Origin: Lobosporangium transversale
Lineage: Eukaryota
Direction of reading: 5' to 3'
DNA: 64,000 bases
NCBI RefSeq assembly: GCF_002105155.1
Contig: NW_019028979.1
Coordinates: 620,001-684,000 of the forward strand
The notes beneath the pieces were generated by a model. The model was not told where the DNA came from and searched no databases. It saw nothing but the letters and a program-made list of their open reading frames with translations. Both the position numbers and the translations under genes were made by a program. Of this stretch, positions 40,701 through 51,897 are shown in pieces. How positions within the stretch are numbered: the stretch's first letter is position 1; every line of letters starts with the position of its first letter.

Positions 40701-41271
40701 TTCATTATATGCAACCAAAAATCTCTACACCAACAATACGGCGACTTTTCCTCTGCACTTCCCGACTATTTCGATTGCTTTCGGGCCAAATAACGCTTAT
40801 TACATGTACCCAAACTGCGCTGTAGTACTATTTGAAAATCATTTTCAAATTAAGCTGATTCATTCAGGTGAGCGTGCAGATATTGATGTGTGGAAAGAAA
40901 ATGTCGAGAAGTCAGAGTTTCAAGTTGTAGATGTTGGTGACGAGAGTATGATTATAATGAAGGCAGTTTTGAGCCAGCATCTATCAAGGTATATTCTTCT
41001 GCGTCTTTGCTTTGTAATTTATTAGTTGGATTTTTAAACCTGACCCGTCTTTTGTTTTTGTTTATTTGATATATTTATGGCACCGCGCAGATTTAACAAA
41101 GATCTATTGAATCCAGACAAGAACGAAACGTCAATCGTGTTCCGGTTTAGAGAGCGTCTGGACGGTGGAGGACCACCGGTCAAGCCCCTTCTTGAGCAAT
41201 GGCTGACAACCAAAATTCCGGAGGCTGTACCTCTTGCATCTAAAGTGTCTGTAGCGGCGTCTAAAAAGTAA
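37761..41271 (+). CDS. GATA zinc-finger protein with Swc3-like N-terminal region, 5 exons
   Basis: CAYC-x18-CNAC (WRRGPEGPHTLCNACG). The N-terminal blocks QSRHTW, CIGPHMF and VIFEFRENP resemble Swc3 from memory. Confidence 0.8.
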
Positions 41272-42296
41272 CTTGATTGCAAATACATTAAATGGATATT
41301 AGAAAGCATTCATTTGCAGTAAAATCTATAAATTTTTATAGCGAATCAATTCATTGCTTCATGCATGCATCTGACGACTGGTATGGCTCGCGGCAGTGTA
41401 TCATCGCATTGGACCCAATCTTTATCTAGGCAGAATATAGCTTCTGTCAATCACGGTTATGCTGCGGACACCGCAAGAATCGCGATGAATGATGGCGTCA
41501 CAGATAAGCCCTGCTTTATTATCATTCTTCCATACTACTCATCAACCTTACGATGCCCAGTGCATGATCTGGCGCAGTTAGATTTTGCTTTATTTTTCGG
41601 TGTACGTATAAATGTTAAACATATCTTTGCAAAATACCTGGTGAGCGCAGTGTGTAGTGCCGCTTATAGCAGGCTGGAGTTCTTCATTTAGTGTGGACAT
41701 TGACTTACATGAAACTGTAGTACTAGAGTACGCGTCTAGTTGAAGACCGCTCAGAAGGGAGTATTCACTTACACTCAAATCTTGTGCCCTTTTTTTATTT
41801 TTATTTTTTTATTAAAAAGATATTAGCTTCAAATCTCAGGGATTGTACTGTGTCATCATTTCCCATCAGCTTGGTTCAGTAGGAATTCAGGGGCGCTGGT
41901 GGCGGCATAAATGGTTTAAACAGCCATTTCATGGCATATTCCGTATACAGGGCTCGTAGCATATATTGAACACCAATCTTCCTCAGTCCTCAAGAGCTAT
42001 AAATCAACACTTGATATTTTCGCATAACCTAGTGAAGGAAGCGGATTTTAAGGTGCAACGCCACCACTTTCATTTCCACCAACACCACTGCCAACATCAT
42101 TGTCACTCTTGCCGTCTAGTTCCTAGGATGTCTCAGTAAGCTGAAGTACTGAAGTAGCGAAAAGGAACAACATTCTGGCGCAGAAAATGTTACATAAAAA
42201 ATTAATAAATCACGTGTGCAATGAATGCGATGTTATAAATCGGATAAATGTCTGATGTGATCCTCTCTCGTCTAATCTTCACATCCATCCTTTACC

Positions 42297-43485
42297 ATGT
42301 CTACTCTTAAGGCTGCTGCTACTCATATCGACTGGACTAAGCTGTCCACTTCTCTTGGCCTCAAAGCCGAGACCGTTGCTGCCCTTTCCGCGTTTCGAAA
42401 GCGCAATGAGGAGGCCCGCCGTGTCTTGGCTGATCTTCAGGAGCAGAAGACCACTGTCAACTTTGCCCACTACAGGAAGGTTCTTAAGAATCAAGCTGTC
42501 GTTGATGAGCTTGAGCAGACTTTCAAGTCCTTCAAGCCTACTTCCTATGATGTTCAGGCGCAGATTAAGTCTATCGAGGCTGTTGAAGCCAAGGCTGTAT
42601 GTCTTTGTATATTAGTATCGAATTGTAGCAGGAGACAGGGATAGTTATTATTATTATTATTATTTCAGAAGCCATGGACTTACGGAAGACACCAACTCTT
42701 CAAAATTGGCAACGCTTTTTTTTCTAAATATCTTCCACCCAGTTATTAGATCTTGGGCGCTGGACATGCGAAATGATGAAATACTAGCGTTCTCGCTCCA
42801 TCACTGTCGCCATCACTTTTTTTTATTTTTTTCTGTTGTTTGGTGCGTCAACCCACTAACTGTACACTCTGTTGTTTTGCTTCCAACCGATACCATAGCT
42901 CGAGCGTGCCAAGACTACCGCCACCAAGGTCGAGTCTGAACTTGCTGATCTCCAGGCTACTTTAAAGAACATTGAGACCTCTCGTCCTATCGATGAACTT
43001 ACGGTAAGCATCATTATATTCACTATTTTACTTCTGACGTACAAACTCAACCGCTAGATTAAGTCACTCCGTAAAGAGTTTTCAGGAAATGAAAGCATCA
43101 CAGATGTTGCTCTTCATATTTCGCATTGGATATAAAATATCACCGAAAAGTGGCGCTTTATATAAAAGTTGTCTTATCCACGTTTAGTAAAAATATTGAG
43201 GTCGGTTCACAAGGCAACAACTCCAACAGGAGAGAGGATATATTCAGGACATTACATGAGCGAAGCCGAGAGTTGATGCTTTTAAGTGTCAGAAACAACT
43301 GGAATTCGAATCAAACAGGGGTTTTAAACTTGTATATTTTTCATACATTGGAATCACTGTGCTAGGCCGATGATGTCCTCAAGTCCCGTCCAGAGATTGC
43401 GGAGAAAGTCGATGCACAATTGTCCAAGAGCAAGTGGGAGACTAAGGGCTACAATGACAGATTCGGATACGTGACCCTCTTCTAA
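42297..43485 (+). CDS. ATP7: Mitochondrial ATP synthase subunit d (exons 42297-42596, 42899-43003, 43366-43485)
   Basis: IDWTKL, AFRKRNEEARR, VNFAHYRKVLKNQAVVD, LKNIETSRPIDELT, KWETKGYNDRFG. Confidence 0.95.
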
Positions 43486-43745
43486 GATGTCGTTCTGTCA
43501 GTTCCCCTCGCTTTTCGTGATAATGGCAAAGTACAAGGATCCCGATACCTTTTTCTTTAATTGAAAAGGACAGAGAGATGCTTTAAAATGAAATAAATAC
43601 TCTTACTCTATCAATAACTTGCACTGCATTGCATAGTGTATCTGTCGCGTTTTAGTAAGGACATTTCTACAATCATTGTAAAAACCACTACACACATGTG
43701 TTTGATATCTCAAAATGAAAATAGAATGACAAGACCAATTGGCAG

Positions 43746-45888
43746 TCATGAAGTAGCTTGGTGAAAAAAATGCGTGATCTTGGCATCTTGGCCTCGTTTT
43801 TTACTTTTTACAGGAGACACCGGAGTATTCGCGCCTGAACCTGGCTTTCGCTTCCTGGGTGTCGTAGGAGAGGAAGTTGTTCCCGCTATTTTCGACCGCG
43901 GCGAAGGTGATGTTGCGGATTCTATCGACCTGGATGTTGCGGCAGGTTGTTGTGGCTGCAAGGGTTCAATAGCATTGTCCGTTTCATTTAATGAAGCAGC
44001 AATGGCCTTTTTCAGTTCATCATCTTCCAATTTATCCAAATCTTGTAGTGGATCGTTACATTCCGGATATATGCTGTCATGCCACTCAGTATCCTCATGC
44101 CCATCGGCAATAGCCTGTAGACGCGACATCTCAAGCACTTTTTTCATTTCCTCTTCCTCTTGCTGTAGCTCGATCCGTCTCCTCTCTAGCAAATCGACAG
44201 ATTCAGAGGGCTCCCTGTGTTTGCTTGCCTGCCTTTCCCGAGGGTCAGATTTTGACCAAAGGTTTTTGTCAGCAACTTGCTGATTCCCATTCTTTTCTTC
44301 TTCTTGTCGAGACAACTCCAGAGCTAGTTTTAAATCTTCACTTTTCATGCTTTCGACTATATCCTGATCAGACATTTTGTTTAAGTTTAATGCACCCTGT
44401 GGCGCATCAATCGCTTTGTTTTGATTTTCCGATCGCACCTGTTCTCCCTCTATCTCTTCTTGTTTCATTGAATCATTACGCTGACTAATATTTTCCTTCT
44501 GCTCCAACTTTCCAGTTTGCTGGTTATTTTCAGGCTCACTCTCTTGTTTGGCGATTTTGGTTGAAGATATATGCTCTGGTGGAGCGTCACCGAGTGCTGT
44601 CTTAGGGACAAGAAATCGATTCAATGTCTTCTCATTGGAGCTTGAGTTCCATGGCTTTGCAAAATCCGGCGAGTCATTCTTCACACTGTTAACTTTTTCA
44701 TCTACTTGGTATGTTTCCAAGACATAGATACTTTGTGCTCCTCCGTTTCCATTGGCATCCTCGATTTGTATAAATTCATCGCAGGGCTTTAGCATCGCTT
44801 CCAGAGTTGAGTTCCAAGGTAAGTTAGGATCTAACCACATACGGATCTTTTCAAGACCATCATTGGGAATCAAGACGGGCATGCGATCATGAAGCCAGTC
44901 AAGTTGTGGAGAAGCTCTGGTAGTAATGGTTGCATATGTATAAAGAGGCTCTTCGTATCCTTGAATCTGCGCGACATCATAAATGGCAGCCATAAGCATC
45001 AGCTTTCCATCTCTTCGCTTGGTAAAAAATGGCACTCGCTCTTTTCCACGCCTTCGCCATTCGTAGAAGCTGGATATAGTGGCAAGTAATAATAATAATA
45101 ATAATAAAAAAGACGGAAGTTAGCTAATATCCTAAGAACAGAAATGAATTCGGGTGCATGGCCAATAATAAAAAAAAAAAAAAAAAAAAAAAGAGCAGGA
45201 TAAGTTAACTGACCCTTCTGCAAGTAGAATGCACCTCTTCTGATTCTTTGAGTGGCTAAACATGGGTTTGCCTGTAGGTCCCATGGATAAGGAATCATCC
45301 CGCGCATTAATGGACTTGAGAACTGAACTATAATCTGGCATAGACTTTGTATTTCTCGGAATCAATCCCCATCGCTAAAATAAAAAAAAAATAAAAAAAA
45401 ATCTCTGGTGGGTAGGTTGATCTCGGTCAATTACTCAATGCAACTCATGTGTGATTTGGAGTCCCTACCATCAAGTGCACGACATATGAGTTAGTTTTAG
45501 GGTCTGCGCGGACCACGGGCTGATAACGAGTTGGCGCTACATTATACCTAATAGATGGGACAATTAAGGGATATGTAAATTAAACTCGCGTATAATATCC
45601 TTCTCTACTATCTGGCTATTGGATTGTCTGAATAAAAGCCATAGTAATTGCAATAAAGTCCACTTACGAAGTGCGGTACTTGTCTTCCCCTATCCATGAG
45701 TCAGCTGGCTTGCTTGGTAAGGTCTTGTCAAGTTCTTGTCGGATTTGAGCGGGAGCCTATATTGTACAAAACAATATTTATTAGTTTAGTCATAAGAACG
45801 TCGGAGAAAGGGTTTTTTTTAAATGTGCATCAGAGGTATTTTAATTATTGACATTCCTTACCAGGCCTTGGGCTGTCCTGCCACACAT
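43746..45888 (-). CDS. SRAP-domain abasic-site protection protein (HMCES/YedK-like), spliced
   Basis: N-terminal MCGR, YNVAPT, MRWGLIP, INAR, RCILLAEGFYEW, HDRMPVLI. Confidence 0.92.
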
Positions 45889-45950
45889 TGTGTCTAAATT
45901 GTAATTTTTAATTCCTTGCAGTAGAATGCAATACAGTTGCAAAAATGTAG

Positions 45951-45997
45951 TGTGAAGTGTGAAATGTGAAGTGTGAAATGTGAAGTGTGAAGTATGA
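45951..45997. repeat. 7-bp tandem repeat (TGTGAAR)n upstream of the SRAP gene
   Basis: tgtgaag tgtgaaa tgtgaag tgtgaaa tgtgaag tgtgaag tatga. Confidence 0.85.
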
Positions 45998-47747
45998 AGG
46001 TCAAATGAAGTATATTTTAAGGTTTAGAAATTGGTGGCGATTACATCCGAATGAAGTATTGAATTTGGCACATGCATTTAGCGCTTCTTGTTCATTTTCC
46101 CATTTATTCCCCCTATACTTTTGTGCTAGTTGTTTATTCGTGTGTAGCGATTACATGGGAAAGGACTGTTGGCGAATAAATTAATCACCTTACTGACCTC
46201 TTCGGCCCAACTGTGATCCACTCTGGCATTCTCTCTTTCAAGTCTTTTAATCCACAATGAGAGGTGCTTTTCATAACTCTTTCATGTCCTGTCTGTAACA
46301 ATTAGCATTCATATCATCAATGCTCAATAAATCAGAGGCTCCCCTCTGCTACTAGCCACCCAAGTTTGATTACAGGGCTTCTTTCGTAGCCCCTAGTCTC
46401 TTTGTTTTTCGGGTCTTCATAGAAACGGCCTTGATTTAAAGCAGCAACGTGCTTAAACAATTTTAAACAATCTCAATGTCGTTTCTGAAATCTGTTAATG
46501 AGGGATTTCGATGTAAGCTTTGAGTTAGAAATGCTGAACTAAATATACTTCTTCTAAAGCGTCAACTTTGGATAGCCAAACAAAGAACGAGTGTTGTGGA
46601 CATGGAAAGCAAGAGTAATAATAAAGAAACCGATAGAATAATAGCCATCAGTCTATTGCACATGCACAGGGTGCGAAGCTAGGAAAGAAAAGACATATAA
46701 AATAGAATCTCACAAAGACCAGCGTCTTTCATGCATGACATCCGAAAAAGTGAGATCGGTGATACCAGCACTGCCTACGCCTTTCAAGAAGTGTGCACTA
46801 TCCACCACAAGGTTTTGATAAGTAAATCTGGTAGCAAGGTTATCATAACCATTAGATATCGTAGAGAAAAACGAGTGCTAAATTAATACAAAAATTGCGA
46901 GACAGCTGCATGGCAAAATGTTTATCCTTCCCTCTTCCCTCCGATTTGCTCCTTTTCCTTTTCTCGGCAGATCTTCTTCCGCTCACTTTTGTTTCTGACT
47001 GAATGTAGTCTCCATTTTCCCCTTATCCTAATCATATCTTAAGGCTTCAAAAAGTCTTTTTTTTATTATTATTTTTTGGCTTTCTAATCGTCTGAAGATG
47101 TAAGGTTTCATACTTTCTCGCATCTTTTACCTCTCTTTCTTTATATTCAACTTTAGAAGGAGCGTAGAGTTGAGAAGATTGTGTGCAGGAATAGTGTTAA
47201 TAAAGAAATATATTTGTATCCAAGAGCATTGATGCTTATTGTGTGAAAGAAAGAAGTTTGATGCGTTTTGTGTTCCAGCTGTAACATTATTTTATTTAGG
47301 GTTGAGGGAACTTGCTTCATCATGCAAGCTAGCAAAACTGCCTCCATTTTCTCCTTTCTCTTGTCTCTCTCTTTCGTCGCTCTCTCTCTCCTCTCTCTCT
47401 CTTTTTTTTTTTTTTTTTTTTTTTTTTGAGGCTCATCGTCCCGCCATCTTCCGCTTTGAGTTCTCTTGGTCCATACTTTTGGCATCTACTTTTTCACTGC
47501 CTTTTACACAGCCCTCGCTTACCTTCCTGGCGGTCTCATTCGCGTTACCATCCATCAACATTCTTTCCCTCTTCCATTCCTCTCATTGTCTTCTTTAATT
47601 TCTTTAATTGCTTTGAGGGATTTATATCTCGGATTCTTCAATACTTGACACCTCTTTCTTATCTTTCTTACTTGCCTTGGTGTCCGTTCGTCATATCGTA
47701 CTTCTTTTTTCTTATTCGCCTTGTCATTTTTACCCTTCGTTTTTCAA

Positions 47748-50700
47748 ATGACGGACAATAAGCGCCTGAGGGTTTCCAAGGTACGTTTCAAAGGAATCGT
47801 GACATAAAGCAGCAGCGGCTATCATGCTAGGAGATTCTCATAATCATTTGTCTCTTCCTCTGCCACCCATCCATAAAGGCCTGCGACTCCTGTCGGAGGA
47901 AGAAGGTCAAGTGCGGTAAGTTAGCTATTCATTTGGATATACCAAAATGTATCATCGGATTTAGATTAACATAATACCTACTTCATGCATCCTCCTAGTT
48001 GACTCTTGGACTATGCAGGCACATTATAAAAAAAATTGGGGCTATTTATTTCTGATATAAACTGACATAGTGAAAACCTCTGTGGCTTCTTTTTTGGTGA
48101 TAGATGCAATTCATCCACTCTGTACCAATTGTCAGACGTTTAAATATGAATGTAGGTGTAGCCCTCAAATGGCTGCTGGTATACTCAGCCCTTAATGTCT
48201 CTGATCATATTAATGTGTCCTGCCTATTAATACCGCTTATCGCACCGGAATGCAGGCACCTACAATGACCCAACCAAGAAGCGGGGTCCTCCAAAAGGTA
48301 TAGTTTTAATTAAGCTGTAAGAATTTTCAGGGGCAAGTATGCAGCTGCCAACACCACCTTTTTTTTCAAAAAAAAAAAAAAAAAAAAAAAAAAAATGCAG
48401 GTTACATCGAGGCTATTGAGGCACGGCTTCATCGAATGGAGGAGCTTCTTGGCGGTCTTATCAAGGACAAGGACCCTCGCGCAGAAATAGTCCGAGCTGA
48501 GCTCGATGCCATGGCACGTGAGGCAGAGATGACAGGACTCAAATTACGCAGATCCAAAGCTTATGAAGAGATCAATAATAGTAATCGTAATAACAATGTA
48601 TGTTATATATTTTTATTGCTTAACACCTCGTCTCTCAAACTGGTTATGATGCCGGTCTCCCATCATGGATCTTGCCATTTCTCACAATGTTTTATTCCAT
48701 GTAGAATATAGACATTGCCTCCAATGTATCAGAATCAGCCCCAACAGCGTCAGAAGCTTTGTTCGGAAAAGTACCGGAGCAGAATCCAGCAACAATTTCA
48801 CCTGGGACTTTTAATGTTTTGAATCAGCACCAACGCAGTATACAAAATCAAAGTCCTACTGACCTATATACTCCTCAAGGACTTTCGAAAATCTCTCATC
48901 AACAGTACGCCTCATATCAGCAGGAGTACGACCATCAAACTACTCATGTTGAGCAAAAGCAGCAGCTGCATCGACATGAACCGGTCGCTGCGACACATCC
49001 CTATTATCCACCATACCCAAACACCCTTCCAAATAGTCATTCATTCACTTCAAACAGAAATGAAACTAAACTTGCATTTGCGGGGCAAGATTTGGACCAA
49101 AACCGCCACTCCCTGTCTTCGAGGCATTTTTCGCAAGTCAATCCTCTCACAGGATACATGCCGATGCCACAAGAAAGCATGGATAATGAAACAGGCATCA
49201 TATTGCCTTCACCAGATGTCATGGATCATTTGTTGAGCATTCACTTTCGCTTTGTTCATCCAGTACTCCCTATTCTTCATCAGAGAAGCCTCTATGAGCA
49301 AATTCATCAACGCGAGTATTCGCCACCCCATCTACTATTTGCAATCCTTGGGCTATCGTCTCGATTCAGCGACAACCCAATCTTCCGAACCCCTCAGCCT
49401 GGTACAGATCGGCCTCCCTGCACTGTCTTTTACGAACGAGCCAAGCAACTCATCAAGGAAGAGTACGATCATTCCCAAATACGGACTGTGCAGGCCCTCC
49501 TTCTCATGTCAATCCAGCAGATGGGTTTTTGTGAAAGTCAACGTGCTTGGCTTTATGTTGGTATGGCTATTCGTATGGCGCAGGATCTGGGGCTAAATAA
49601 AGACTTACCAGAGCAGGATCAGGTTCGTGATCGCCTGTCAGCAGAACTTCGGAAGAGGACATGGTGGTCATGCTATGTTGTAGAGCGGCTAATCTGCGCC
49701 GGTCTTGGAAGGTAAACCAGTCATGTCTTTTAAGGATACAAATATATACTCGCCTGGATTGCTCCCTTGTTAATATGTGTTGATAGTTTTTTTTTTTTTT
49801 TTTTTTTTTTTTGGTCCCCGCTATTGTAAATAAATAGACCGCTCACTATCACGCAACAGGATTGTGAGACTGGATATCCGCAATCCGACAATACTAGCCA
49901 TCATGAAAAAGTTGAGTCGGAGGCATTGTATACAGAGCCAATATCATTGATCCCCAATTTCGTACATCTGATAGCGCTCTCTAGGATTCAGGGAAACATC
50001 ATGCAATTTATCAAGGCAAGGGCGGTGCAGTGTGACGAGTACAATGATGGCCATCCTTCTGTTTTGAATGTAGTCAGTGAGGGCAATGGCCATCACGTGG
50101 ATATCAGCCCAGCAGCCTTCTCAGTGTTGGACAAGTCATTGACAGAGTGGCGACAGCAACTCCCCGAATCATTGCAGAACCCTACTTCCGATTCCTGTCA
50201 TTTTGGGCTATTCCTACATATGACCTACAATACGCTGATCATCCTCCTTCACCGACCAGAAATTCCCAGCTCCCCGACGTCTGCGTCACTCTGCACACAA
50301 GCTGCAGCTACAATCACTGATATAACAGCGATGTTGATGAATGCCAAGGCTTTGACATCCATGTTCATTAGCTGTCTTTATGCTATTTTCTCAGCAGGAA
50401 TAATTCATTTCATTAATATCCCTAGTACAAGGCGTCCATCCAATATCACTAGCGCCAACCCTGTTGATACACCATCAATCTTATCTCGATCATCCAATCA
50501 CGCACACACTGCCAAAACAGATCTGAAGCGTTGCATCGATGCCCTAAAACACTTGTCAACACACTGGCTCAGCGCAGCTCGTCGTGCCAAGGTCCTTGAA
50601 GATTTGTTAGATCTTAAGCATGTAAGTCTAAAGGACATAGAGAACGACTCTTTTCAGACCGCGCCGTCAATGCCTCCATGGGCAATGGAGACATCCAACT

Positions 50701-51707
50701 GCGACAAGGCTCTGGCTGTCCCACGAGAGACTCATGACCATCTACGACAGCAATGTCGATCGAAAGTAATGGCTATTCAGTCATTGCTAGCTACGGACGA
50801 TGAATTTAAAAAGATGCAGGCAAGAATGAGCGACCACTCTCTGGATTACGATAGTCAGGACGACATAGAGCATTATGAAACAAAGTTTCGCGGCCCGGAG
50901 CTTTCGCAAGATAACGACGGCGCCATGGATATCTCAATGGATTCCCCAAATCTCTCAAGATCATTTACGGAGCAATCACCTGTTTCAGGATTATCGTCTC
51001 CTTCTATCTCCACTCCTTCATCAACCATTTCACCGCGTCTCGCCAGCATGAATGCACTAATACATCAGCGGCCACTTGACGCTGACCCAATGATGCTTAT
51101 TTCCACAGCAACGTTCGGTGACCCACATATTCAGAGTACGGCTCGTGGCACTTTAATTAGCGAGACGGCCTCGTTAGTGTATCCCAAGAATGTAGCTCTT
51201 GGAGTCATGGGAGTGGCAAGCCCCATGACACTGACAACACTCGGGCATAAATTACATACAATTCCGCCAAGTCCAGCATTCGATAAAGCCCGGTCCATGT
51301 CCGGTCAACAGGATGTGATGTTGGACCCTTTTTCTATGCCCAGCAGTATCACGTTCCCAGATCAGAATCATGGGCGTCAGACTAGCTGTGGAGGAAACAC
51401 GTATGGTGGAGGGCCTCAATCCAATACAGTTTGGTCTACGAATGCTCAAACACATCGGGCAGTTGCCCGTGCTGAGCCCTCTTTAACAACAAAGGCCTGT
51501 ACATCCCAGCAGCCTGGTCATGCAGTAGAGGCCGAACACGCTCACTATGGAGTCAGAAGTGGAAGTGAAGAGCGAGAGTCCGATGATCTTGATTTAGCCT
51601 GGAATGATATGCCACCCACGTTAGGACTGGATGAATGGATGACCTACATCGGTGCTTTAATGATGCGCTGGCTAGCAAGCGGTGAATCATCACCACGGTC
51701 GATTTGA
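47748..51707 (+). CDS. Zn(II)2Cys6 transcription factor with fungal-specific middle homology domain, spliced
   Basis: KACDSCRRKKVKCDAIHPLCTNC...C...KKRGPPKGY assembled from short exons; GMAIRMAQDLGL, RKRTWW. Confidence 0.93.
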
Positions 51708-51897
51708 TTCTAGAATCATCTGTAAATTAAATAAAATCGCATCACTCCAGAACCATGTCTAATCTTTATCGAATGTAAGCTTTGAATGCAACCCCCTTGT
51801 CAAAATATTATAGACTTTATATGTGAAATTATAGAAGATTACGAGTGTTGTAAAGTATATAAATATATAAAAAAGTAGATCACATCTATTTCTGTAT

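Noticed and set aside
42770..42800. Box C-like ATGATGA in ATP7 intron 1
   Set aside because: No downstream CTGA box D within the intron.
45951..45997. Tandem repeat considered as CRISPR-like or telomeric
   Set aside because: 7-bp units without spacers; a simple short satellite.
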